A stretch of 64,000 nt of DNA, taken from the NCBI GenBank assembly GCA_034520945.1, contig JAXHNB010000005.1:544001-608000 (forward strand), in the 5' to 3' direction. The position numbers and the translations under genes are program-made. The notes under the pieces were generated by a model, which did not search any database, had not been told where the DNA came from, and saw only the letters and a program-made list of their open reading frames with translations. Positions 22,034 through 32,848 of the stretch are shown one piece after another; the first letter of the stretch is position 1, and every line of letters begins with the position of its first letter. The DNA is from Trueperaceae bacterium. GTDB taxonomy: Bacteria; Deinococcota; Deinococci; Deinococcales; Trueperaceae.

Positions 22034-24190
22034 CGCCGCCGCGGTGCCTGGGCGGGTGGGCCCGGCGGGTGGCGTGCATGGGTGTCCTCGCGCTGGGGCT
22101 CGCGGTCGCGCAAGAGCAGACGTCGCTTCTGCCCGCCCAGATCCGCGCCGGCGTGCCGGAGGCGGAGCTGCCGGTCGGCGCGCCGTGCCAGGTGCCCGGC
22201 GCCGAGTTGGAGATCGAGGGGGTCGGACGGGCGGTGTACGACCGGATCGAGGTGGACAGCGCCGCCGGCACGGCGCACCTCTCGGGCGGCGTGTGCATCG
22301 AGGCGCCCGGCATGGACCTGGTGCTGCGGGTGGCGGAGATCGACCTGCGCGACATGAACGCCGGAGACGGCGCGCCGCCGCGCATCGAGGCGCGCGAGGT
22401 GCAGCTGGACGTCTCCGGCTGGCGGCTGCGGGTGGCGCGCCTGGACGGGCCGATCGATGCGCTCCGCGCCGAGGAGGTGTTCCTGTTCGCCCCCGGCGCG
22501 GCCGGCGCCGCCGCCACGGTCGAGCTGGAGGGGGAGCGGGCCACCCTGTCGCAGGTGGCGCTGAATACCACGTACTACCGCATCACCGCCCGGCAGGCGG
22601 TGCTGGACGGCGAGGTGCTGACCCTGTCGGATGCGCGCGGCACCAGTTGCAGCTGCGAGGTGCCGCGCTACCACCTGAGCGGCCGCCGGGTGCGGGTCGC
22701 GCATCGGCGGGGGCGGCGCCGAGATCGACGCGCCGGTGGTGGAGGTGCTGGGCGTGCGGGTCCCGCTGGGGGAGACCCTCACGCTCGGACCCGAAGGGCC
22801 GGACCTGGACGTGCCGTTCGTGCTGGGTCCGCGCGAGGACCTGGGCACCGTGGCGGCGTACGCGCCGCGCGGGCGGGACGGCGTGCGCGTAGAGCTGGGC
22901 GGCACGACGTCGCTGACGCCCGAACCGCTGGCCACCCTCCGCGCCGAGGCGGGCGGGACGCGCATTGCGCTGGAGGCCGACCCGCGCGGCCTGTGGCTGC
23001 AGGGCCGCGCGCGGCACCCGCTGGGCGGCGGGGCGTGGCTCGACGCCTTCAGCGACACCCGCCTGCGCGACGGCGATGAGCGGCGCCTGCGCGCCGGCCT
23101 GACGAGCGGCATCGACCCCGAAACCCGCCTCCCGCTGGGCACGGGCGGCGAGCTGCGCGTCCAAGGGGCGTTGCGGGCCGGCGCCGAGATCGCCGCCGAG
23201 CCCGACCGGGACGTGGCCGGCCCGCGCCTACCGTTCCGGGCCGAGGCCCGCCTGCGCACGCCGCTCACCTCGTGGGCGCGGGCGGACCTGCGCCTCACCG
23301 GCACCGCCACCGCCTACCCCGGCATGACCCCGGGCGGGCGGGCCGCGCTGGACGTTGCGCCGTCGCTGCGGTTGGAGGGGCCGCTCGGGCCGGCGTCCGG
23401 CCGGCTGGTGCTGGGCGCACGGCGGCGCGTCACGATCGGGGATGGGCCGTTCGAATTCGACGACGTATCCGCCCGGGCGCGCCTCCGGGCCGACGGGCGG
23501 TTGCGTGCCGGGCCGCTGACGCTGCAGGCCCGCGGGGTGCGCCGCCTGGCGCCGGAGACGCCCGGTTGGGAGGCGCTGTCCGGCCGCGCGACGGCCGAGC
23601 TGGCGCTGGGGGCGGACTGGACGCTGCGGCCCGCACTGCGGGCGGAACTCGCCGGCCTGGCCGGTGGGCCAAGCGGCGAGGACTGGCTGCAGGCCGGCGC
23701 CACGGCGGAGGGGCCGATCGCGGGGCACGCCTCGAGCTTCGGGCTGCAGGTCCGCAGCGGCGCGCGGGACCTGACCCTGCGGCGGGTGCGCGCCTCCGCC
23801 GCGACGGGGTTCGAAGTGTCGATGCCCGGCGGGTCGGTCGTGCTGGAGCCGTCGTTGAGCGTGGACGTCGCGCCGCTGCTGCGCGGCGCCGGCGGCCCGG
23901 CCCTGCACGCGCACGGCCTGCGCGTCACCGTGAACGACTGCTGCGGCGGGTGGATGCTGGGCTACGAACGTGAGGACGGCGAAACCCGCCTGGCGTTCGG
24001 CGTGACCCTGCCGCCGCTGCAGCTGGACCGGCCGCCCCAACCCTCCCTGCCCACCATCCCGCCGCTGCCGTCGTTGGAGCCCTCGCCGGACCCCTCCCCG
24101 CAACCTGGCGACTCGGGCGCGGCGCCCGGCGAGCCCGGGCCCGCCCTCGCCGGGGCCTCGGGTCGGGCGGAAGGTCGTGACGCCCGATGA
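22030..24190 (+). CDS. LptD-like outer-membrane protein, one frameshift near 22700
   Basis: Signal peptide, jellyroll-like N-part ending GTSCSCEVPRYHL, alternating beta-strand C-part with NDCCGGW; joined from ORFs 22006-23079 and 22736-24190. Confidence 0.6.
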
Positions 24191-25311
24191 GACGCCTCGA
24201 CCGCGCCCTCCTCGCCGAAGGCATCCCCGCGCTGGTGTTCGGCGCGCTGCTGTACGGCGTGCTGGCCGTCATGAGCGCCACCCTGCCGCGCCTGCAGTGG
24301 CTGGTGGGCGCCTCGGTGCCGGAGCTGCTGGCGTGGCTGGCGGCGCAACTGCCGACGGCGCTGGCGCAGACGATGCCGATCGCGCTGGTGCTGGCGGTGC
24401 TGCTGACGTTCGGGCGGATGGCGGGCGACCGGGAGTTGCTGGCGTGGCGGGCGGGCGGCGTGTCCCTGCCGCGGATCGTGCGGCCGATGCTGATCCTGGG
24501 CGCCGTCCTGACGCTGGGCACGCTGGCGATCCACCAGTGGGTCACGCCCCGCACGCACGCCTGGGTGGCGGGCGAGTACTGGCGCATGACCGCCGGCGGC
24601 TCCGGCCTGTTCCGCCTGGCCGGCCGCAGCCTGCCGGTGGCGGGGTTCACGCTGCACTTCGGCGGGGTGGACCGCGGCAGCGGCACCATCGAGGACGTGC
24701 GCATCGAGCAGTGGCAGGGCGAACGCCTCACCCTGCTCCGCGCCGAGCAGGGCCGCTTCGACGGCGGCGACCTGGTCCTCACCGGGCACCGCACGCAGAT
24801 CCTCGACCTGGCCGCCCTGGACGGCGCGTACGCCGACGCCGCTGCGCGGCTGCGGGCGTTGGTGCCGCTGGACAACCGCGCCCGCGACGCGTCGTCGCCG
24901 CTCAGGATCGAGCTGGGCGCGCAGGCGGACGACCTGGCGGCGCGCTTCTCGCAGGGCGGGTTCGAGGACCCCCGCTCCTTGAGCGAACTGGCGCAGGACT
25001 GGCAGCGCGAGGGCGCGCTGGTGACGGAACGCCGCACCGCCGGCGCGACCTTCATGCGGCGCCTGGCGGAACCGTTCGCCAACCTGGTGCTGCTGCTGGT
25101 CGCCGTGCCGCTCTCCCTGGGCTGGGCGCGGGGGCGCGGCGTGGCGTTCGGGCTGTCGCTGGTCGTCACGCTGGTGTGGTACCTGCTGCTGACGGTAGGG
25201 CAGTTCGCCGCGCAGGCCGGCACCGTGCCGGTGTGGGCGGGCCCGTGGTCCGCCAACGTGCTGCTGGGCGCGATCGGGGTGGCGTTGATGATGCGGTTGC
25301 GGACGCGATAG
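24187..25311 (+). CDS. LptF/LptG (YjgP/YjgQ) family permease
   Basis: PIALVLAVLLTFGRMAGDRELLAWRAGGVS motif, 3+3 TM layout, C-terminal WSANV. Confidence 0.92.
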   Translation: MRRLDRALLAEGIPALVFGALLYGVLAVMSATLPRLQWLVGASVPELLAWLAAQLPTALAQTMPIALVLAVLLTFGRMAGDRELLAWRAGGVSLPRIVRPMLILGAVLTLGTLAIHQWVTPRTHAWVAGEYWRMTAGGSGLFRLAGRSLPVAGFTLHFGGVDRGSGTIEDVRIEQWQGERLTLLRAEQGRFDGGDLVLTGHRTQILDLAALDGAYADAAARLRALVPLDNRARDASSPLRIELGAQADDLAARFSQGGFEDPRSLSELAQDWQREGALVTERRTAGATFMRRLAEPFANLVLLLVAVPLSLGWARGRGVAFGLSLVVTLVWYLLLTVGQFAAQAGTVPVWAGPWSANVLLGAIGVALMMRLRTR

Positions 25312-25339
25312 GCGCCGGACCGAAAGGCGGGTCGGGCGG

Positions 25340-26800
25340 CTACGCCGCGTCGGCGAAGTCCGCGAGCACCAACTGGTTGGGGCCCGCCTCCTTCGCGCGG
25401 TACAGGGCCACGTCGGCCGCTCGCAGGATCGCCTCGGGTTCGTCCACCTTCGGCGTGCTCAGCGCCAGCCCACCGCTCATGCCCATCCGTACGGTGTTGC
25501 CATCCAGGTCGAACGGCCGCCGCACCGCCTCGAGGATGGTCGCTGCGACCTCGCGGGCCACCCGCTCGTCGCCCGCTCCCTCCAACAGCACCGTGAACTC
25601 GTCCCCGCCGAAGCGGGCTACCGTGTCGGTCCTGCGTATGGACGAGGCGAGGCGCTGCGCCAACTGCTGGAGGAACGCATCGCCGGCGCCGTGACCGAGC
25701 TCGTCGTTGATGCTCTTGAACTTGTCCGTGTCGAGGTACATGACGGCGAAACCCGCCGCCGGATCGCGTTGCTGGCGCAACACGGCGTGTTCCAGCCGGT
25801 CCATGAACAACGCGCGGTTCGGCAAGCCGGTCAGCACGTCGTGCTGCGCGTCGTGCTGGAGTTTGGCGTTGGCGGCGCGCAGCTTGGCGGTCCGTTCCCG
25901 CGCCGTCGCGGCCAGCCGTTCGTTCGACGCCGCCAGCGCCCGCCGTGACGCCAGCAGGCCGCGCAAAAGGACGTAGGCGCCGCCTGCCGTGGCGAGCCCC
26001 ACGCCCGACAGCACCAGCAGCAACAACCGCATGCTGGCCTGCGCTTGCCCGTGCACCGGCCGCGCCAACGCTGCCCGCAGGACCACCGCCGGATCGCCGT
26101 ACAGGTCGGGGACGGGGAGGTACGCGGCCAGCTCGTTCTCGCTGGCCTCTTCGAGGCGAGGTTCGCTTGCGCCCGTCGGCGCCCGCGCGGTCAGCTGGAG
26201 CCGCGTCGCGGATTCGAGGCGGTCCAGTGCCTTGCGGTCCAGGCGCAGGGCGGCCAGCATCGTGCCCTGGCGCGGACCGGTCAGGTCACTGTGTACGATC
26301 GGCGCGGACGCGACCAGCGCAGGTCCCCTGGGCAGCGCGACCACGCCCGTGACCACGTCGTCCGGTTCGTCGTGCCGCAAGAGGAGGTCACGTTCCGCCA
26401 CGTGCGCCAGCAGTTCGGCGTGGAGGAGGTCGGCGCCGCGGGCGGGGTCGCGCCACACGAGCGCGCCGACGACCTCTGCCTGGTCGTTCAGGAACGACAA
26501 CAGGTCGAGGTCGAAGTTGCGGAGCACATTCTGCGTCAGGTTTCTTTCGACGTACGCCTGGTTGCCGTCCTGAACGAAGCGGTAGGTGTCGTCCCACGGG
26601 GCCCAATCCCCGACGACGTGGCCGAGTCGGGCCTGCTCGCCCCGTAGCGCCCGGCGCAGCCGGTCCATGTCTTCGATGGCCACGGTCCGCTCGACCGCGT
26701 CGAAGCCCCGCCACATCGCCGCCGACGTTGCCAGGTACACCACGGCCACGAGCGCGGCGACGACAGCTCCAACGGCGACAGCGAGGAGTAGGCGGCCCAC
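25340..26800 (-). CDS. CHASE4-domain diguanylate cyclase
   Basis: TM, DWAPWDDTYRF (CHASE4), TM, HDVLTGLPNR, RxxD I-site (RRTD) and intact GGDEF. Confidence 0.93.
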   Translation of the reverse strand: MGRLLLAVAVGAVVAALVAVVYLATSAAMWRGFDAVERTVAIEDMDRLRRALRGEQARLGHVVGDWAPWDDTYRFVQDGNQAYVERNLTQNVLRNFDLDLLSFLNDQAEVVGALVWRDPARGADLLHAELLAHVAERDLLLRHDEPDDVVTGVVALPRGPALVASAPIVHSDLTGPRQGTMLAALRLDRKALDRLESATRLQLTARAPTGASEPRLEEASENELAAYLPVPDLYGDPAVVLRAALARPVHGQAQASMRLLLLVLSGVGLATAGGAYVLLRGLLASRRALAASNERLAATARERTAKLRAANAKLQHDAQHDVLTGLPNRALFMDRLEHAVLRQQRDPAAGFAVMYLDTDKFKSINDELGHGAGDAFLQQLAQRLASSIRRTDTVARFGGDEFTVLLEGAGDERVAREVAATILEAVRRPFDLDGNTVRMGMSGGLALSTPKVDEPEAILRAADVALYRAKEAGPNQLVLADFADAA

Positions 26801-26955
26801 AATACGAGCATCGTACGTACCGGCGGCGCCCGGGAAGCGAACGGCAGCGACGAACGCTTGGCGCTCCGCCCGCGGCGCGCTCCCGTGGCGGCGCCAGGCG
26901 CCGGTAGTGAACGAGGAACGCCGTGCCCCGCCTAGGTGCTAGATTGACAGGCCTG

Positions 26956-29151
26956 ATGCCGGGCCTCCTGGACGACCTCACGCGCCAACTGGACTACCTC
27001 GACCCGCCGCAGGTGTCGAAGGTCGAGGAGGCGTACCAGGTGGCGGAGGACGCGCACCGCCACATGTCCCGCATGTCGGGCGAGCCCTACATCACCCATC
27101 CCGTCGCCGTCACCGCCCTGCTGGCCGAGATGCACCTGGACGCCGACGCGCTGGTGGCGGGCCTGCTGCACGACACGGTCGAGGACACCGAACTGACGCT
27201 GGACGACATCGAGCGGCGCTTCGGCGACACCGTCCGCAAGATCGTCGAGGGCGAAACCAAGATCAGCAAGCTGGCCGTCCGCGTCTACGCCGACGAGCAG
27301 TCCGAGAACCTGCGGCAGATGCTGCTGTCGATGATCAGCGACGTGCGCATCATCCTGGTCAAGCTGGCCGACCGGCTGCACAACATGCGCACCCTCGGCC
27401 CCATGCCGCCGCACAAGCAGCAACGCATCGCCAAGGAGACGATCGAGATCTTCGCGCCGCTGGCGCACCGCCTGGGGATCAGCCACATCAAGAACGAGCT
27501 GGAGGACCTGTCGTTCCGGTACCTGGAGCCGGAGCGCTACCAGCAGCTGCAGCGGCAGGTCCGCATGCGGCACGCCGAACGGGAGGAGTACGTCCAGGTC
27601 GCCATCGGCAAGCTGGAGGACCGCCTGACGCAGGAGGGCCTGTCGTACGAGCTGGCCGGCCGCAGCAAGCACCTGTACTCCATCCACCGCAAGATGCAGC
27701 GCGACAACAAGGGCCTGGACCAGATCTTCGACCTGCTGGCCATCCGTGTCGTCCTGGATTCGGAACACAGCGCCACCGAACTGGAGGGCGAGGAGGCGGA
27801 GAAGGCGGTCTGCTACCGCGCGCTGGGGATCGTGCACAGCCTGTGGACGCCCATCCCCGGCCGCTTCAAGGACTACGTCGCCGTGCCGAAACCGAACGGG
27901 TACCAGAGCCTGCACACCACCGTGATCGGCACGCGCGGCCAACCGATCGAGGTGCAGATCCGCACCCGCGCCATGCACCAGATCGCCGAGTTCGGCGTCG
28001 CCGCCCACTGGGCGTACAAGCAGGGCATCAGCGACACCGACGAGGTCGCCCGCCGCCTCAGCTGGATGCAGCAACTCCTCGACGCCGACGAGGACGCCGA
28101 CTCCGCCGGCGCCTTCGTCGACGCCGTCAAGCACGACCTCCTCGGCGCACGCGTCCTGGTGTTCACCCCCGCCGGCGACGTCCTGAACCTGCCGCGCGGC
28201 AGCACCCCCATCGACTTCGCGTACCAGGTGCACACCCAGGTGGGCCACCGCTGCATCGGCGCGCGCGTGAATGGTGAGATCGTGCCGCTCAGCCACGAGT
28301 TGCAGACCGGCGACCGGGTCGAGATCCTCACCAACCGCTCCAGCAACTACGGCCCCAGCCAGGACTGGCTCAAGATGACCGCCACCCGCAGCGCCCGGCA
28401 GAAGATCCGGCACTACTTTCGGTTGCAGGAACGCCAAGGCAACATCGAGTCCGGCAAGCGCACCCTGGAGCGCGCCCTTCGCCGCCACAAGCTGGGCATC
28501 GCGCCCTACACCACCCGCGCCAAGCTGGAGAAGGCCACCGAGGAACTGATCGGCAGCGACAACCCCGACGACCTGTACCTGGCCCTCGCCAACCGCCGCC
28601 TGCACCCCCGCCAGGCGGTCGAGGCGCTGGCACCGGAAACGGCGCAGGACCGCAAGCCCACCCTGCCCGCCCCGCCGACCGACACCAAGAGCGTCAGCGG
28701 CGTGTTCGTCGACGGCCTGGACTCGCCCGCCAACCTGGCGCAGTGCTGCAGCCCCGTCCGCGGCGACGACGTCGTCGGCTACATCACCCGCGGCCGCGGC
28801 GTCAGCGTGCACCGCGTCGACTGCCCCAACGTGCGGCACCTGATGACCAGCGAACCGGAACGCTTCGTCAACGTCACCTGGGACACCCCGTCGGGCGAGG
28901 TGTTCCCCGTCGACTTCGAGGTCGTTGCCGTCGACCGGCCGGGTCTGTTGAAAGACGTCCTGGACGTGATCGCGGGCATGAACAAGTCCGCCACCCGGGT
29001 GGAGGCCGACGTGCAGTCCGCCACCGAGGCCCGCATCCACTTCCGCGTCGACGTCCGCGACCAGGGCGAGATCACCTTCATCAAGGACACCGTCGGCCGC
29101 ATCGCCGACGTGACCCGCATCTACCGCAGCAAGCCGGGCCTCAAGGCGTAG
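26956..29151 (+). CDS. rel: Bifunctional (p)ppGpp synthetase/hydrolase, long RSH
   Basis: HD domain (LLHDTVEDT, KLADRLHNMRT), synthetase (PKPNGYQSLHT, EVQIRT), TGS (DFAYQVHT), CC (QCCSP, HRVDC) and ACT (DRPGLL). Confidence 0.96.
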   Translation: MPGLLDDLTRQLDYLDPPQVSKVEEAYQVAEDAHRHMSRMSGEPYITHPVAVTALLAEMHLDADALVAGLLHDTVEDTELTLDDIERRFGDTVRKIVEGETKISKLAVRVYADEQSENLRQMLLSMISDVRIILVKLADRLHNMRTLGPMPPHKQQRIAKETIEIFAPLAHRLGISHIKNELEDLSFRYLEPERYQQLQRQVRMRHAEREEYVQVAIGKLEDRLTQEGLSYELAGRSKHLYSIHRKMQRDNKGLDQIFDLLAIRVVLDSEHSATELEGEEAEKAVCYRALGIVHSLWTPIPGRFKDYVAVPKPNGYQSLHTTVIGTRGQPIEVQIRTRAMHQIAEFGVAAHWAYKQGISDTDEVARRLSWMQQLLDADEDADSAGAFVDAVKHDLLGARVLVFTPAGDVLNLPRGSTPIDFAYQVHTQVGHRCIGARVNGEIVPLSHELQTGDRVEILTNRSSNYGPSQDWLKMTATRSARQKIRHYFRLQERQGNIESGKRTLERALRRHKLGIAPYTTRAKLEKATEELIGSDNPDDLYLALANRRLHPRQAVEALAPETAQDRKPTLPAPPTDTKSVSGVFVDGLDSPANLAQCCSPVRGDDVVGYITRGRGVSVHRVDCPNVRHLMTSEPERFVNVTWDTPSGEVFPVDFEVVAVDRPGLLKDVLDVIAGMNKSATRVEADVQSATEARIHFRVDVRDQGEITFIKDTVGRIADVTRIYRSKPGLKA

Positions 29152-29206
29152 GGGTTGCGCTGGGCGCGACGGCGTCAGGCGGGCGGGTCCGGGTAGCCTG
29201 GGCGCC

Positions 29207-29725
29207 ATGAGCGAACCCCGCGACAAGATCGGCGTCCTGTTCGTGTGCATGGGCAACATCTGCCGCAGCCCCACCGCCGAGGGCGTGTTCCGCGACAAGC
29301 TGGACCGTGCCGGCCTGGCGGACCGTGTCGAGGTCGATTCGGCCGGGACGGGCGACTGGCACGTCGGTCAAGCCCCGGACTCGCGCGCGCAGGAGGCGGC
29401 GAAGCGCCGCGGCATCGACCTGTCCGACATCCGTGGCCGGCAGGTGGAGCCCAGTGACCTGTCGCGCTTCGACTACCTGCTGGCGATGGACGGCGGCAAC
29501 CTGTGGAGCCTGCAGGCCCTGGCGCACGGCGCCCGCGGCCGCGCCGGCGCGGAGGACGGCGACCCGCCCCGCATCCAGAAGCTGCTGGAGTTCGCGCCCG
29601 ATGCGCCCCGCAGCGACGTGCCCGACCCCTATGCCGGCGGGGAGCGGGGCTTCGAGGAGGTGCTGGATCTGATCGACGCCGCCACCGACGGCCTGCTGGA
29701 GGAGGTGCGGGGGCGGCTGTCGTGA
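29207..29725 (+). CDS. Low-molecular-weight protein tyrosine phosphatase
   Basis: VCMGNICRSP P-loop and DVPDPY. Confidence 0.95.
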   Translation: MSEPRDKIGVLFVCMGNICRSPTAEGVFRDKLDRAGLADRVEVDSAGTGDWHVGQAPDSRAQEAAKRRGIDLSDIRGRQVEPSDLSRFDYLLAMDGGNLWSLQALAHGARGRAGAEDGDPPRIQKLLEFAPDAPRSDVPDPYAGGERGFEEVLDLIDAATDGLLEEVRGRLS

Positions 29726-30591
29726 GCAACGGCGGCTCGCTGGAGGCGGCCGTCGCGGAGGCGTTGGGCGCGTCCGTGACGGCGTCGGAGGCGCTGAGTG
29801 GCGGCATGATCGGCGCGGTCCGGCGCGTGTCCCTGTCGGACGGCCGGCGCGTGGTGGCCAAGACCAGCCCCGGCGGTGGGCTGGAGGTGGAGGCGTTCAT
29901 GCTGCGCACCCTGGCTGCGTCGAGCCCGCTGCCGGTGCCGGCGGTGCTGCACGCCAGTGATGACCTGCTGGTGCTGGAGGAACTGCCCGGACGTCCCGGC
30001 GTGCGCAGCGACGCGGCGCAGGCGCACCTGGCCGAGCTGCTGGCGGAGACGCACGCGGTCGAGGGGCCGGCATTCGGGCTGGAGCGAAACACGCTGCTGG
30101 GGCCGTTCGAGCTGCCCAATGGCTGGATGGAGGACGGGGTGGCGTTCTTCCGGGAGCGGCGGTTGCGATGGGCGTTGGGGTTGGCGGCGGAATCCGGGCA
30201 CCTGCCGAAGGGGCTTCAGGGCGAGATCGAGGGGGTCGCGGCCCGCTTGCCAGAGCTGCTGGGCGACTACGCGCCCCGGCCGGTGCTGCTGCACGGCGAC
30301 CTGTGGTCCGGCAACGTCCTCAGCGACGGTGAGCGCGTCACGGGCGTGCTGGACCCGGCGGTGCACTACGGCGACGCCGAGACGGAGTTGGCGTTCATCG
30401 ACTTGTTCGGCGGGGTGGGGCAGGCGTTCTGGCGCCGCTACGACGGGCTGGCGGGCGTCCCTGAAGCGTTCTGGGCGTGGCGGCGGGCCTTGTGGCAGTT
30501 GGTGCCACTGCTGGTGCACGTGGCGTTGTTCGGCGGTGGGTACGTGGGGCCGCTCCGCGCGCGGGTGCAGCAGGTCGTGCGGGCTTCGTGA
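29722..30591 (+). CDS. Fructosamine kinase family protein
   Basis: LLHGDLWSGNV and LDPAVHYGDAETELA motifs; GTGA overlap. Confidence 0.92.
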   Translation: MSNGGSLEAAVAEALGASVTASEALSGGMIGAVRRVSLSDGRRVVAKTSPGGGLEVEAFMLRTLAASSPLPVPAVLHASDDLLVLEELPGRPGVRSDAAQAHLAELLAETHAVEGPAFGLERNTLLGPFELPNGWMEDGVAFFRERRLRWALGLAAESGHLPKGLQGEIEGVAARLPELLGDYAPRPVLLHGDLWSGNVLSDGERVTGVLDPAVHYGDAETELAFIDLFGGVGQAFWRRYDGLAGVPEAFWAWRRALWQLVPLLVHVALFGGGYVGPLRARVQQVVRAS

Positions 30592-30624
30592 TGGTCGTGC
30601 TGGCGCTTTGGGCACAGGTAAGGC

Positions 30625-30729
30625 CCCGCCGGAGACCAACGGCACCTGACGATCACCCCTTATGGCTGCTCCTTCCGGCCTGACCAGGTTCGGGGGTCGC
30701 CACCGCGTTGGGCCAGCGGGACCGGCGAG
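30625..30729 (-). ncRNA. ffs: Signal recognition particle RNA (small bacterial SRP, 4.5S)
   Basis: Minus strand reads GAACCTGGTCAGGCCGGAAGGAGCAGCCATAAGG (conserved helix 8 with GGAA loop). Ends pair (CTCGCCGG/CCGGCGGG). TGnTAGGCT extended -10 lies just upstream. Confidence 0.9.
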
Positions 30730-30997
30730 AGCCTATCACGGGAGGCAGGCGCACCGGAGGCGCGGCTGGACATGGGCTCGCCGCGGCGTGTGACGGGGCT
30801 GCGCCGGCATGGACTGGGCGATGAAGGGCAATTGAGGGTCGCCGCGCCACTTGTGGCGAATCTGTAAGAGTCCTGTGAGAATTCGGGAGTAGAGTCATAG
30901 GTGAACGCAGGCAAAGGGCTTGTGTTCGAACTTCAAAAGGGAACGCCCGACGATCATTCATCCCTACTCGGACGTTCCAGATCGAAAGGAGCGCATC

Positions 30998-31441
30998 ATG
31001 CGCAACAAGAGTACCGGGGGTTTCACCCTCATCGAGCTGCTGATCGTGATTGCGATCATCGGGATTCTGGCAGCGGTTCTCATTCCGAACTTGCTGAACG
31101 CTCGCGAACGCGCGTTCGATGCTGGGGCACAGACCTGTCTTCGGGAACTCAGCACACAGGCCGAAGTAGCGGCCAGCAACTCGCCATTCGTGTACACCGA
31201 TTTGGTCGTCGACAACAGCAAGAATCCGCCCACTGTGGCCATTGACGGAGCTACTGCGGAGCCCGTCAACTCGTGTGAGAACGTGACCATCACGTCCAGT
31301 ATCGCGGACACCACATTCGGTTTCGCCGCGATTCACAACAGTGGCACGACGGCGTACGGAGTCACGAACGGTAGTGGAGTCGAGCCCTACACTGAGATTA
31401 CCTTCAACGGAACTGCTCCGGGCGTTCCGACACAACCATAA
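30998..31441 (+). CDS. pilA: Type IV major pilin
   Basis: MRNKSTG-G|FTLIELLIVIAIIGILAAVLIPNLL class III signal, strong RBS (GAAAGGAG), two Cys. Confidence 0.9.
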   Translation: MRNKSTGGFTLIELLIVIAIIGILAAVLIPNLLNARERAFDAGAQTCLRELSTQAEVAASNSPFVYTDLVVDNSKNPPTVAIDGATAEPVNSCENVTITSSIADTTFGFAAIHNSGTTAYGVTNGSGVEPYTEITFNGTAPGVPTQP

Positions 31442-31505
31442 GGCTGACGGCGTTCAGACTGATGCAGTTGGCGCCCTTCGGGGCGCCCACTTTGTGAGGC
31501 GCGAC

Positions 31506-31868
31506 ATGCACCCACTCTTCCGTCGTGGGGGATTCACGCTAATCGAGGTCCTCGTTGTCATCGCGATTGTAGCTGTGCTCGCGGCGGTCCTCATACCGGT
31601 GGTTCTCGCCCCTCGTGGGCTCGCGTACGACACCGCCACGCAGACGTGCTTGAAGGAGGTCGGCACCCGCCAAGAGGCGATCGCAACTGAGAGCCCCTTC
31701 GAGTATGATCCCGCCTTCGATCCGAGTACAGTCGCCGCCTGCGAAGGTGTGAATGTGACCGTGGACCACGTCGAGGACGACGACTACAGGTACACGGGCC
31801 TGCACGATTACGGCGAGTACCTGTATGAGGTGACGCCGGGAACGCCGGTCAAGAGGGTCAACGAGTGA
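31506..31868 (+). CDS. Second type IV pilin-like protein (paralog of the upstream pilin)
   Basis: G|FTLIEVLVVIAIVAVLAAVLIP; shares QTCLxE...SPF motif with the first pilin. Confidence 0.88.
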   Translation: MHPLFRRGGFTLIEVLVVIAIVAVLAAVLIPVVLAPRGLAYDTATQTCLKEVGTRQEAIATESPFEYDPAFDPSTVAACEGVNVTVDHVEDDDYRYTGLHDYGEYLYEVTPGTPVKRVNE

Positions 31869-31900
31869 CCTAACGCCCTCTCTTGATTCGCTGTGCTGAG

Positions 31901-31932
31901 AGCCCCGCCCTTGTGGCGGGGCTATCTTCGTT
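31901..31932 (+). terminator. Intrinsic terminator hairpin after the pilin genes; target of the group IIC intron
   Basis: AGCCCCGCC-CTTGT-GGCGGGGCT followed by ATCTTCGTT. Confidence 0.8.
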
Positions 31933-31933
31933 G

Positions 31934-32848
31934 GTGCGCCCGGCAGGGCGCGTTCACTTGGAGGTGAGAGTCCTCTGCAGGCCCGGCAAGGGGAACTGCT
32001 AGCCGATGGCAAGGGTGCCCGTCGTGAGGTGGGATCTGAAGGAAGCCGGAGGCAAAGCGCTGGCCCGACGAATAGGAATCGCATAGGAGGCGGTCATGCT
32101 GGATGAGGAGTCCAAAGTCTCTGAAGTCCGGTTCTTGCACGGAGGGTATGGCCGTAGATGCGGCGGGCATAAGCGTGAAGGTGGATGCGCATTACCCGGG
32201 GAGGCCTACCGGTTGGCCTGTGTGCTACTGGCATCGAGAGGTGCTGGGATGGGCCGGTAGGAGTCAGCCGAGGGCGTAGTAGGTCCTTCGACCGGACTGA
32301 AGGCCTGAACAGGGAGTGACGGACGGAGCTCGAGTTTCGATGGTGAGTGGAGACGCAGACAAGATGGCTGGGATGCCTGATTCCCACCCGGAGAGTAGCG
32401 GCCGGATGTCGCTGGGGCATGGGTTGGGTGCGTCAAGCGCCACGGCAGCGAGGGATCACTCCGATCCGGAATTGCTGGTGTTGATGGACGTGGTGGTCGA
32501 ACGCGGGAACATGACTGCGGCCTACAAGCGGGTGGTTGGCAACAGGGGTGCAGCGGGCGTGGATGGCATGTCCGTTGATGACTTGAAGCCGTGCCTGAAC
32601 GAGTGTTGGTCGCGGGTGAAGGAGGAGTTGTTGGCTGGTCGGTACGAGCCGGCGCCGGTGCGGGTTGTTGAGATTCCCAAGCCGGGCGGTGGGGTGCGTG
32701 TTCTTGGCATTCCGACGGTGATGGACCGGTTGGTGCAGCAGGCGTTGCTTCAGGTGTTGTCGCCTGTTTTCGATCCTGGCTTTTCCGAGTCGAGCTATGG
32801 GTTCCGCCCTGGCCGGAGTGCACATCAGGCCGTGTTGAACGCACGATC
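31934..32848 (+). mobile_element. Group IIC intron, 3'-truncated (ribozyme D1-D3 plus start of RT ORF)
   Basis: 5' GTGCGCCCGGCA; IIC-type motifs GGTGAGAGTCC, GCAAGGGTG, ATCTGAAGGAAGC, TTACCCGGGGAGG and AGTCAGCCGAGGGCGTAGTAG; begins 10 nt after a terminator hairpin; D5/D6 not found. Confidence 0.9.
32340..32848 (+). pseudogene. ltrA: Group II intron reverse transcriptase/maturase N-terminal fragment
   Basis: NRGAAGVDG (RT0), VEIPKPGGGVRVLGIPTVMDR (RT1-2), SYGFRPGRSAHQAV (RT2a); cut before RT3 and YADD; start codon uncertain. Confidence 0.9.

Noticed and set aside
13200..22720. Programmed frameshifting in the TamB-like and LptD-like genes
   Set aside because: No slippery heptamers seen; similar single-base indels occur in IS1634, istB and the sheath gene, so sequencing error is the simpler explanation.
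30800..30990. c-di-GMP riboswitch upstream of pilA
   Set aside because: A GGCAAA is present, but the paired GAAA-loop/GACGCAAA architecture could not be built.
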